Source of the DNA: an uncultured Spirochaetota bacterium
Lineage (GTDB): Bacteria > Spirochaetota > Spirochaetia > SZUA-6 > Fen-1364
NCBI GenBank assembly: GCA_963745235.1
Contig: CAVUXE010000052.1
Span: 128,001 to 192,000 of the forward strand
Reading direction: 5' to 3'
DNA: 64,000 nt
Positions 37,372-45,217 of this stretch are shown here, one piece after another; position 1 is the stretch's first letter; each line of letters opens with the position of its first letter. The position numbers and the translations under genes were made by a program. The notes beneath the pieces were generated by a model. It made no database searches, was not told the origin of the DNA, and saw only the letters and a program-made list of their open reading frames with translations.

Positions 37372-38807
37372 GGAGCACGATCATGACCAGATACTTTTTC
37401 CTGGGAGTCTTCCTGCTGTCCGTCGCTGCCGGTGCGGCATCCGCGCTCACCATCAGCCTCTCGCAGATCGACAGCTCGGGCCTGCTTCTCAGCCAGAGAG
37501 TGAACGCCTATGTGAGCGTCACGGATGACCAGGGTGAGCCGCTGACCAGCCTGCAGCAGGGAGCGTTCACCGTCTCCGAATCCGCGGACGGCGTACACTA
37601 CGCGAAGCTTCCCGTCATCGCCTTCGAACCCAGCGCGGGCGCGAACAGGGGGATCTCTTTCCTCCTCGTGATAGACAATTCGGGAAGCATGTACGACACC
37701 CCTGACAGCAAGCCCACCACGGATCCCGCAAAAATGAAGATCACCCGCGCAAAGGAAGCCGTCCGCGCTTTCCTTGCCAGCATGACCAACCCGCAGGACA
37801 AGGTGGGGCTCGTTGTCTTCAACACGCGCTATCGCCTGCTGGCGCGCCCCTCCGCGGACAGGGAGCGCATTGCATCGCTCCTGGACCAGATCACGAAGCC
37901 GGTACCGGATGAGGCGTACACGGAGCTGTACGGCACGCTCAAGCTCGCCTCGCAGGAGTTCGCGGGGGCGAGCGGCCGCAAGGCCATCATTGTCCTTTCA
38001 GATGGTGAGAACTTCCCCTACTTCACCCACACCGGCAAGCCCCACCCGGACTACGGCACCCGTGTCTTCGCCTATCCGGAGTCGATTGTCGCCAACCAGG
38101 AGGAGGGGGTCACTGTCTACGGAATCGACTTCGGAGTGGAAGTCATGGACAAGAACCTCCGGACAATCGCCCAGGAGACCGGAGGAAAGACCTTCGAGGC
38201 CGCGCGCGGGGAAGACCTGAACGGCGTGTATGCGGCAATCCATCGCCAGGTCGCCGGGGAGTACCTCATTGGCTACCGCGCCACGACCACTCCCGCGGAG
38301 AAGAAGTTTGTCCAAGTATCCGTGAACGACGCCGGCAAGGAGAGCACGGCGACACGCTTTTATTTCTCCAGCATCGTGTTCGGCCTCCCGCTTCACGGCC
38401 TGTCCGCGGTCCTCATCATCCCGTTCCTCCTGGGATTCGCGCTGCTGTGGCTTCTCACACTGCTGAAGCTGGAGAGGAGGCCCGGACCTGCAAACCTGGA
38501 AGTCCTGCAGACCCGGGTCGGGCACCCGGTGACCCGGGTTCTTCCCCTTTCGGCGACCAAGACCGTCATCGGCGGAAGCGCAAGCGCGGACCTTACCATT
38601 GTCGGGGCGCCGCAGGTCAGGCAGGAGCACGCTACCATCCTCTTCGACCCGAAAGACAAGAGCTATACGGTGGTGGGGTCCGGGGACATCACGGTGAACA
38701 ACCAGCCGGTAAAGACCCGCAAGCTCGAGCCCGGGGATGTCATTGACGTCGGCGGAGCGACGATCGTCTTCGACGATTCGAAGGACAAGAAGCAGGAGAA
38801 GAAGTAG
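37368..38807 (+). CDS. signal peptide-VWA-TM-FHA protein
   Basis: Signal peptide; MIDAS DNSGS..T..LSDGE; IAQETGG; TM; FHA-like TVIGG..HATI..VNN..LEPGDVIDVG; ATGA overlap with the previous gene. Confidence 0.88.
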   Translation: MRSTIMTRYFFLGVFLLSVAAGAASALTISLSQIDSSGLLLSQRVNAYVSVTDDQGEPLTSLQQGAFTVSESADGVHYAKLPVIAFEPSAGANRGISFLLVIDNSGSMYDTPDSKPTTDPAKMKITRAKEAVRAFLASMTNPQDKVGLVVFNTRYRLLARPSADRERIASLLDQITKPVPDEAYTELYGTLKLASQEFAGASGRKAIIVLSDGENFPYFTHTGKPHPDYGTRVFAYPESIVANQEEGVTVYGIDFGVEVMDKNLRTIAQETGGKTFEAARGEDLNGVYAAIHRQVAGEYLIGYRATTTPAEKKFVQVSVNDAGKESTATRFYFSSIVFGLPLHGLSAVLIIPFLLGFALLWLLTLLKLERRPGPANLEVLQTRVGHPVTRVLPLSATKTVIGGSASADLTIVGAPQVRQEHATILFDPKDKSYTVVGSGDITVNNQPVKTRKLEPGDVIDVGGATIVFDDSKDKKQEKK

Positions 38808-38817
38808 AAGCTTCCCG

Positions 38818-39207
38818 TCAGGTCCGGCGCGGCGCCTCCTTGTCGAAGACTGCCTCTACCGTGATGGAGATGCCCCCGCGTGCGTTGAACGCTCCAATGA
38901 CCTTGCAGGACCAGGGGTCCAGGGCGCGCACCACGTCGTCCAGGATGCGGTTTGTCACGTGCTCGTGGAAAGTCCCTTCCTGGCGATACGACCAGAGATA
39001 CAGCTTGAGAGACTTGGATTCCAGGATTCGCTGGTCGGGGACGTAGTGGATGGTGATTGTCCCGAAGTCAGGTTGACCAGTCATCGGGCACACGCAGGTG
39101 AACTCCGGGCACACCAGCGTGACCGTATATCTGCGGCCCGGGTTCCTGTTCGGGAAGGCCTCGAGCTTTCTCTCGGGCTTCGCCTTTTTCTTCTTCAAGA
39201 GGGTCAA
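38818..39207 (-). CDS. queF: NADPH-dependent preQ0 reductase (short form)
   Basis: EFTCVCPMTGQPDF, ESKSLKLY, FHE, RGGI; true start may be 39249. Confidence 0.95.
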   Translation of the reverse strand: MTLLKKKKAKPERKLEAFPNRNPGRRYTVTLVCPEFTCVCPMTGQPDFGTITIHYVPDQRILESKSLKLYLWSYRQEGTFHEHVTNRILDDVVRALDPWSCKVIGAFNARGGISITVEAVFDKEAPRRT

Positions 39208-39259
39208 ACCCTCGGAGAGAGCCTTTGTCTCCAGTTTCCGCGATTTCGTCCTGCCCTCC

Positions 39260-39979
39260 TTACCCCTTCAACCGGAAGGGATTGAAGTCCGTCTGATAGT
39301 CGTAGTGGTCCTCTCGTTCCGTTCTTTTCAGGAAGCCCACAATCGCGTACGTCACGGGCGTGGCAATGGTCTCATATGCCGACTTGACCAGCCATTGCGC
39401 GATGACCACCCGGGCGAGGTTGGCTGTCGAGAGCGACCCCCCAAATGCAATCACGATGAAAATAAGCGAATCAGCGCCCTGGCCGACGAGAGTGCTCCCG
39501 ATGGTCCTTGTCCACAGCCACTTTCCCCGCGTCGCGACCTTCATCCGGGCGAGCACCAGGGAGTTGAGAAACTCCCCCACCAGGTAGGCGCTGAAAGATG
39601 CCAGAAGCAGGCGGGGGGTGGACCCGAGAATGCGCACATATGCGGCCTGGCCGTCCCAGAAGACAGCTGACGGAAGCCTTCCGCCGATCCAGATCGCAAG
39701 GGCGGCAAGGGCATTGCAGCCGAAGCCGATCCAGATGACCTGGCGCGAGCGGGCATACCCGTAGACCTCCGTCAGGATGTCACCGAAAAGGTAGCTGAGC
39801 GGAAAGATGACCACTGCTGCCGGCACCACTACGCCGAGCACGTCGATGATCTTGACCGCGATGATGTTGGACGTTATGAGGCAGGTGACGAACACCGCTG
39901 TCACGAGGCTGAGGTATCGGTATCCCTGGGCGCCAGGGGCGCTTCCCTGGGCGCCAGGGGCGCTTCTCTGCTTCTCCAA
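39260..39979 (-). CDS. queuosine precursor transporter (YhhQ/Vut family)
   Basis: SNIIAVK..FPLSYLFGDILTEVYG, AS..AYLVGE, RTIGST..GQ..DS; immediately upstream of queF. Confidence 0.92.
   Translation of the reverse strand: MEKQRSAPGAQGSAPGAQGYRYLSLVTAVFVTCLITSNIIAVKIIDVLGVVVPAAVVIFPLSYLFGDILTEVYGYARSRQVIWIGFGCNALAALAIWIGGRLPSAVFWDGQAAYVRILGSTPRLLLASFSAYLVGEFLNSLVLARMKVATRGKWLWTRTIGSTLVGQGADSLIFIVIAFGGSLSTANLARVVIAQWLVKSAYETIATPVTYAIVGFLKRTEREDHYDYQTDFNPFRLKG
39923..39964. repeat. perfect 21-bp tandem duplication
   Basis: TCCCTGGGCGCCAGGGGCGCT x2, encoding SAPGAQG x2 at the transporter N-terminus. Confidence 0.9.
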
Positions 39980-40020
39980 GTCAGTCTCCTGCCGCGGCGG
40001 CCCGCCGCGAAAGCGGCGCC

Positions 40021-40049
40021 ATTATACCGGCGCCGTCCGCGCCGGTCTA
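40021..40049 (-). promoter_or_regulatory. sigma70 promoter of the transporter-queF operon
   Basis: TAGACC-N17-TATAAT on the minus strand. Confidence 0.65.
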
Positions 40050-40949
40050 TCAGGCCTTCCCCGCGCTGCCGAGGAGCGCCATGTATTCCTCCACAACGCG
40101 CGACAGCGCCTCCCGGGCAGCCTGCGCGACGTCGCCGGGGAGCCCTGAGCCCAGAACCCGGTAGGGGTTGTACGCGCTTCCCGCTGCCCCGCACGAGGCG
40201 CGCAGGGCTTCGAAATAGGCCTTCTTGAGCGCGCTGCCGATGTTGACCTTGCGGACGCCCCGCCTGACGGCTTCCCTGAGGTCTGCCGGTGAGAGCGACG
40301 TGGCGCCGTGAAGAGCGAGCGGAACGTCCACGAAATCCCGGATCCAGGAAAGCCTGTCGAGGTCCAGCGTGACCTTGCGCCTCCCGTGCAGGTGAGCCTG
40401 GCCAACGCTGACGGCAAGGCTGTCGACTCCCGTCTCCGCCACAAACCGCCGCGCGGAATCAGGATCCGTGAGCTGCGCATCCTCCGGCGCGGCCCCAAGA
40501 TCTCCGGAGGTCCCGGGCAGCGGGTCCGGCTCCCCCTCCGCCGCCGCCGAGGAAGCGTGGGCGAGCTCCGCCGTGCGCCGGGTCTGCTCGACGAGCCGCT
40601 GTGCATCGCAGTCATCGTCAGAGAACATCACGAGCCCGAAACCCAGGCGCACCGCCGCGGAGATCCAGTCCGTATTTGCGCATTCGTTGAACAGGAGGCA
40701 GGCAGGCACGGTCAGCCTCCTGGCGACCGCTGAGGCAAGCGCGTGGTAGTCCTCCAGGTGCTCGGGCCGGGAGCGGGCCCGGTCAGGGAGCGAGATCCCG
40801 CTGAAGCCGAGAATGACGGGGGACCTCGTTCGCTCCGCGGCATCCGCAACTGCAAGGAGGGACTCCATGTTCCAGCTCTCGAAATATCCCACGGCGTACG
40901 AGTGTTGTTCGGCATCCGCCATGATTCCCGAGAAGGAAGCGATCCCCAT
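40050..40949 (-). CDS. class II fructose/tagatose-bisphosphate aldolase-like protein (divergent active site)
   Basis: YAVGYF, SPVIL, TDPD.A..FV.ETGVD.LAVSVG.AH, PLALHG, KVNI; the canonical HLDH reads LFNE. Confidence 0.85.
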   Translation of the reverse strand: MGIASFSGIMADAEQHSYAVGYFESWNMESLLAVADAAERTRSPVILGFSGISLPDRARSRPEHLEDYHALASAVARRLTVPACLLFNECANTDWISAAVRLGFGLVMFSDDDCDAQRLVEQTRRTAELAHASSAAAEGEPDPLPGTSGDLGAAPEDAQLTDPDSARRFVAETGVDSLAVSVGQAHLHGRRKVTLDLDRLSWIRDFVDVPLALHGATSLSPADLREAVRRGVRKVNIGSALKKAYFEALRASCGAAGSAYNPYRVLGSGLPGDVAQAAREALSRVVEEYMALLGSAGKA

Positions 40950-41023
40950 TGCCTTTCCTCCGACACGTTGTATTTGATCAGGGATTTGCGCCGCCTGCAA
41001 GGCGCATGGTATCATTGCGTCTC

Positions 41024-42376
41024 ATGAAGTACCTATTTCCGGAAAGTTTCCTGTGGGGGGCCGCCACATCGGCGTACCAGATCGAAGGCTCGCCCCTTGC
41101 GGATGGCGCAACGCCCTCTACCTGGCACGAGTTCACCCATCGACGCGGAAAGGTTCAGGATGGGACCACCGGGGATGTCGCCTGCGACCACTACAGGCGC
41201 TTCGATGAGGACATCCGCCACATGCGGGATCTCGGTCTCAAGGCGTATCGCTTCTCGACCGGCTGGACGAGGATCTTCCCCGAGCCTGGGTCCGTGAACC
41301 AGAGGGGCCTTGACTTCTACGACAGGCTCGTCGACTCCCTCATGGGCGCCGGGATCACCCCGCTTCTCACGATCTTCCACCTCGAGGAGCCGGTGTGGCT
41401 GGCTCGGGGGGGAGGATTCACGCAAAGGACATCCGTGGATCATCTGCTGGAGCTGGGGAAAGCGCTCATGCGCCGGCTCGGTGACAGAGTCAGGACGTGG
41501 TGCACGATCAACGAGCCGTCTCTGTACGCATTCCAGGGCTATGCAACCGCCGAATACCCCCCGGCGCACAGGTTTGACCTGCGGGGGATGTTCCATTGCG
41601 CCCACCACCTCCTGCTCGCCCATGCAAGGCTCGTTGAGGCCTGCTCCGCCCTGGTACGGGATGGCCAGATCGGGCTTGCCCACTACTACGTCGATGTTGC
41701 GCCTGCAAACCCCGCGCGTGACCGCGACGTCGAAGCAGCGTCCTTCATGGACACCATGGCGAACGGCGTCGCGCTCTCACCGCTTTTCTCGGGCGCCTAT
41801 CCCGAAGGTGTCCTGCGACGCATGGGACGTTTCTTCCCTGCCGGGTTCGACAGGGACCTCCCTTCCCTGCGGAACCTCGGGACATACCTGGGCATCAACT
41901 ACTACAGGAGGAACAGGTACCGCCATTCCCTGTTCACCCCTTTCCTGCACGCCGCGGAATACGTTGAGGCCTCCGCCCCGCACACCGCCATGGGAGACGA
42001 GATCTACCCGGCGGGGCTCTTCAAAGCCTTGATGCGAATAAAAAACGAGCTTGGCAATCCGCCCTGCATCATCACGGAAAACGGGCCGCCCATCCCCGAC
42101 GTGGAAGGCAGGGATCCCCTGGATGACGACGGACGCGTTGCCTACATGGCTGATCACATTGCACAGCTCGGGCGCGCTTTGCTCGAGGGCTCGGACTGCC
42201 GCGGCTATTTCCTGTGGAGCCTGCTGGACAACTTCGAGTGGAGCAAAGGTCTGTCCATGCGCTGCGGGATGATCCACACCGACTTTGCCACGCAGAAACG
42301 GGAGTGGAAGAAGAGCGCCTTCTGGTATCGGGACCTGATCAGTCGAGGCTGGCTTGAGCACGCAGCTTTGCCCTGA
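41024..42376 (+). CDS. glycoside hydrolase family 1 (beta-glucosidase)
   Basis: FLWGAATSAYQIEG, TINEP (acid/base), ITENG (nucleophile), WSLLDNFEW. Confidence 0.96.
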   Translation: MKYLFPESFLWGAATSAYQIEGSPLADGATPSTWHEFTHRRGKVQDGTTGDVACDHYRRFDEDIRHMRDLGLKAYRFSTGWTRIFPEPGSVNQRGLDFYDRLVDSLMGAGITPLLTIFHLEEPVWLARGGGFTQRTSVDHLLELGKALMRRLGDRVRTWCTINEPSLYAFQGYATAEYPPAHRFDLRGMFHCAHHLLLAHARLVEACSALVRDGQIGLAHYYVDVAPANPARDRDVEAASFMDTMANGVALSPLFSGAYPEGVLRRMGRFFPAGFDRDLPSLRNLGTYLGINYYRRNRYRHSLFTPFLHAAEYVEASAPHTAMGDEIYPAGLFKALMRIKNELGNPPCIITENGPPIPDVEGRDPLDDDGRVAYMADHIAQLGRALLEGSDCRGYFLWSLLDNFEWSKGLSMRCGMIHTDFATQKREWKKSAFWYRDLISRGWLEHAALP

Positions 42377-42430
42377 GCGATTGTCCTGAGGCGTTTGCGC
42401 TCTGAAAAGGATTGCGATACAACTGGGAGC

Positions 42431-42937
42431 ATGAAGCTTCGCCTTTTCTTTGCAGTGTTTCTTGTCCTGTCGGCTCTGGCCTGCGTGCCCCTTGCCGCGC
42501 AATCGCAAAACCCCGTCGGCCTGGGGATCTCTCTCGGGGCGGCCCTGGCGGAAGGCAGCACGCCGAATATTCCCAACAGCGGCGGAAGCATGAGCTTCAA
42601 CTGGGGGTTTTACGTCGACATCCCGCTGCTCTACACCTTCCATGTCACGCCGTCCTCGGAGCTCTACAAGCTCCAGGATCAGAACGCGACCGACATCGAC
42701 CTCGCGTTCAAGTTCATCGTCCCGCTGTCAGGCTTTGCCATCTACGCCGGCGTGGTTCCGGGGCTGACTGCCGTGACAAACGTCCTTGACCCGCACGTCG
42801 GAGTCCTGGCCGGTGCGACCTTCCAGCTGGTGAGCAACCTGGATGTCTTCTTCCAGGGCAAGTACAACATCGTTTTCGACGGCGGGCAGAACCTCCAGGT
42901 GATCCACGCGAACGCGGGGATCCTTTTCAAATTCTGA
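42431..42937 (+). CDS. small outer-membrane beta-barrel protein
   Basis: Signal peptide, alternating amphipathic strands, C-terminal AGILFKF. Confidence 0.7.
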   Translation: MKLRLFFAVFLVLSALACVPLAAQSQNPVGLGISLGAALAEGSTPNIPNSGGSMSFNWGFYVDIPLLYTFHVTPSSELYKLQDQNATDIDLAFKFIVPLSGFAIYAGVVPGLTAVTNVLDPHVGVLAGATFQLVSNLDVFFQGKYNIVFDGGQNLQVIHANAGILFKF

Positions 42938-43880
42938 TCTTCCCGTTCTCGATGAGCCACTCCACCGATTCGCACACCGCCTGGAAGGACTCGTAGCGCG
43001 GCTGATAGCCGAGGAGCCTTCGCGCCTTCTCGATGCTGCAGCAGGGGCTGTGTGCGATGTGGTCCCAGGTGGCCGCGGCATCCTCCGCGGAAACCCCGGC
43101 GCGCCACTGCTCCCAGGGCAGAAACTCGAGATCTGGATTGCCTCCCAACCACCGGGCAACCCTCTCCGCGTATCCGCGAAGGCTCAAGGCGGCCGGAGAG
43201 ACCACGTGGAAGCTCTCTCCCACGGCGGCTGCCCTGTTCTCGATTGCCCGGCAGAAGGCCTGGGCCACATCGTCTGCGTGAACGTGATGGACGGTTTCCT
43301 GGCCGAGATTCGGAAGCGCAAGACGCTGGCCCCTGGCGAGCGTCTCGAAAACCGCTGGGTTGAAATTGCCGGCAGGGTTCAACGGCACCCACCCCCGGCC
43401 CACGATGTGGCCCGGGTGGAGCACGGCCACCGGGAAACCACTCACACGGGAATGGGAGAGCAGCCATGACTCCATGGCAGCCTTTGCTGTCCCATAGTCT
43501 CCAAAGGGCCTTCTCGGTTCAGCCTCAGTGGTGGGCACCGAGACGGAAGGACCGTGGACCCAGATGGTGCCGCAGGAAAGGTAGAGCTCGGTCCTCTCCT
43601 CGATTGCAAGGACAATCTGGCGCGCGCTCTCCGCGGTAAAACAGATGAGATCTATGACGACGTCCGCCTTCAAGGCGGCAATCCGGGCTCCGAAGCTCCC
43701 CGCCGCATCCTCCGCGGCCCTGTCCGCCGTCTCACGCCGCACATGCTTCCAGATCCCGCGGTCCTCGTAGGGCGCCCTCTGGCCCCGGCTGAGGCAGACG
43801 ACCTCGTGCCCCGCCTGGACGAGCCGGGGAACAAGGGAGGTCCCGATATGCCCGGTTGCGCCAATGACGACAGTCTTCAT
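42927..43880 (-). CDS. NAD-dependent epimerase/dehydratase (extended SDR)
   Basis: VVIGATGHIG, YGTAK (YxxxK), HVHADDVA. Confidence 0.92.
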   Translation of the reverse strand: MKTVVIGATGHIGTSLVPRLVQAGHEVVCLSRGQRAPYEDRGIWKHVRRETADRAAEDAAGSFGARIAALKADVVIDLICFTAESARQIVLAIEERTELYLSCGTIWVHGPSVSVPTTEAEPRRPFGDYGTAKAAMESWLLSHSRVSGFPVAVLHPGHIVGRGWVPLNPAGNFNPAVFETLARGQRLALPNLGQETVHHVHADDVAQAFCRAIENRAAAVGESFHVVSPAALSLRGYAERVARWLGGNPDLEFLPWEQWRAGVSAEDAAATWDHIAHSPCCSIEKARRLLGYQPRYESFQAVCESVEWLIENGKIRI

Positions 43881-44006
43881 CCTCCGCCTCCACCACCACC
43901 TCAAGGTACATTCAGCGGAGCCGGTGGACAAGGGCGTGTCCGCAATTGATCTCAGAAGAACGATTTGGAAGTCGAGAAAAAAAGATCGAAAAAACAGGAA
44001 TGGATC

Positions 44007-44038
44007 TTGATAATCTCTAATTATAGTGATATAACTAT
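44007..44038 (+). promoter_or_regulatory. promoter with overlapping palindromic operator (putative ArsR site)
   Basis: TTGATA-N17-TATAAC with TG extension; imperfect palindrome ATAGTGATATAACTAT at 44023-44038 covers the -10. Confidence 0.6.
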
Positions 44039-44074
44039 GTCGTAAGATCAAACAAAAGCCTGAGGAGGTTGCGG

Positions 44075-44392
44075 ATGGCAAGCCTGGTGGCAGACAGGGC
44101 GAAGGCCGTGCACCTGGCGGATACGCTCAAATCCCTGGCCCACCCCATCCGGCTGCGGATCGTGGGGCTCCTCTGCGTTGAGGACCTTTCGGTGACCGTC
44201 ATGGCTGAGAGGCTGGATGTGCCGCAGGCAATCCTGTCCCAGCAGCTTCGGATCCTCAGGATGAGCGGTCTTGTGGAGTCTTTTCGGGCGCGCGGCCGCG
44301 CAAGCTACCGTCTGGGTGAGCCGCGGCTGCGGCAACTGGTGAAGTGTCTTGAGGGATGTCCCTCGAATCGAATGCAAGGAGGACTGGCATGA
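44075..44392 (+). CDS. ArsR/SmtB-family transcriptional regulator
   Basis: LKSLAHPIRLRIV..SV..AERL..PQ..LSQQLRILR..GLV; three Cys residues. Confidence 0.92.
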   Translation: MASLVADRAKAVHLADTLKSLAHPIRLRIVGLLCVEDLSVTVMAERLDVPQAILSQQLRILRMSGLVESFRARGRASYRLGEPRLRQLVKCLEGCPSNRMQGGLA

Positions 44393-44931
44393 GCGTCAAC
44401 GTCGAAAGGGAGCTCGCGGAGCTCAAGGCAAAGGTCGAATCCACGCCCGGAACGGGGAACAAGCTTACCATGGTTGTCTTCTCCGGGAGCCTTGACCGGC
44501 AGCTCGCGGCAATGATCATCGCCACGGGCGCGGCGGCCATGGGGATGCAGGTTGTGCTTTTCTTCACCTTCTGGGGCACCTCCGCCCTGCGGGACCCGAA
44601 CAGGAAGGTGAACGGAAAGAACATGATGTCGAAGATGTTCGGGTTCATGCTGCCAAAAGGCACCAAGGCCCTGAAGCTTTCCCAGATGAACATGGCGGGG
44701 ATGGGAACGGCGATGATGAAGGGGCTCATGAAGAAGAAGAACGTCGCGAGCCTGGAGCAGCTCTTCGAGGTAGCGTCGGAGCTTGCCGTGAAGGTCTACG
44801 TCTGCGAGATGTCCATGGACCTGATGGGCTTCAAGAAAGAGGAAATGATCCAGTACCCGAACCTCGAGGTCTGCGGAGTGGCGACAATGCTCGCGCACGC
44901 CAAGGAGTCCTCGCTGCAGTTCTTCATCTAG
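44389..44931 (+). CDS. DsrE2-like sulfur transferase (DsrE/DsrF/DrsH family)
   Basis: VFSGSLDR..A..IATGAAAMG..V.LFFTFWG, LSQMNMAGMG, CEMSMDLMG; ATGA overlap with the ArsR stop. Confidence 0.92.
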   Translation: MSVNVERELAELKAKVESTPGTGNKLTMVVFSGSLDRQLAAMIIATGAAAMGMQVVLFFTFWGTSALRDPNRKVNGKNMMSKMFGFMLPKGTKALKLSQMNMAGMGTAMMKGLMKKKNVASLEQLFEVASELAVKVYVCEMSMDLMGFKKEEMIQYPNLEVCGVATMLAHAKESSLQFFI

Positions 44932-44968
44932 GGCCACGCGCGCAGCGGCGCGTGAGAAAGGAAACATC

Positions 44969-45208
44969 ATGGCGGACTATACGATAGCAAAGACACTCGA
45001 CTACAAAGGCCTTGCATGTCCCATGCCCGTGGTCAAGATAAGCCAGCAGATCGGGACGGTTTCGGTGGGGGACGTGATCGAGGTGCACACCACGGATCCC
45101 GGCTCGCTGGCTGACTTTCCCGCCTGGGCAAAGACAATCGGGCACACAATCCTCGAGACGAAGCAGGAGCCCGGCGTCATCAAGATCTTCGTCAAGCGGA
45201 TGAAGTAG
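44969..45208 (+). CDS. tusA: sulfur carrier TusA-family protein
   Basis: LDYKGLACPMPVV, TDPGS..DFPAWA. Confidence 0.92.
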   Translation: MADYTIAKTLDYKGLACPMPVVKISQQIGTVSVGDVIEVHTTDPGSLADFPAWAKTIGHTILETKQEPGVIKIFVKRMK

Positions 45209-45217
45209 GGGGGAACC

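Noticed and set aside
33302-38807. Calling the kinase operon a T6SS regulatory module or TerY-P
   Set aside because: No tss or ter genes are nearby, the phosphatase is calcineurin-like rather than PP2C, and the VWA protein is exported and membrane-anchored.
39980-40020. preQ1 riboswitch upstream of the transporter-queF operon
   Set aside because: The leader is short and GC-rich and lacks the preQ1-I stem-loop with A-rich tail.
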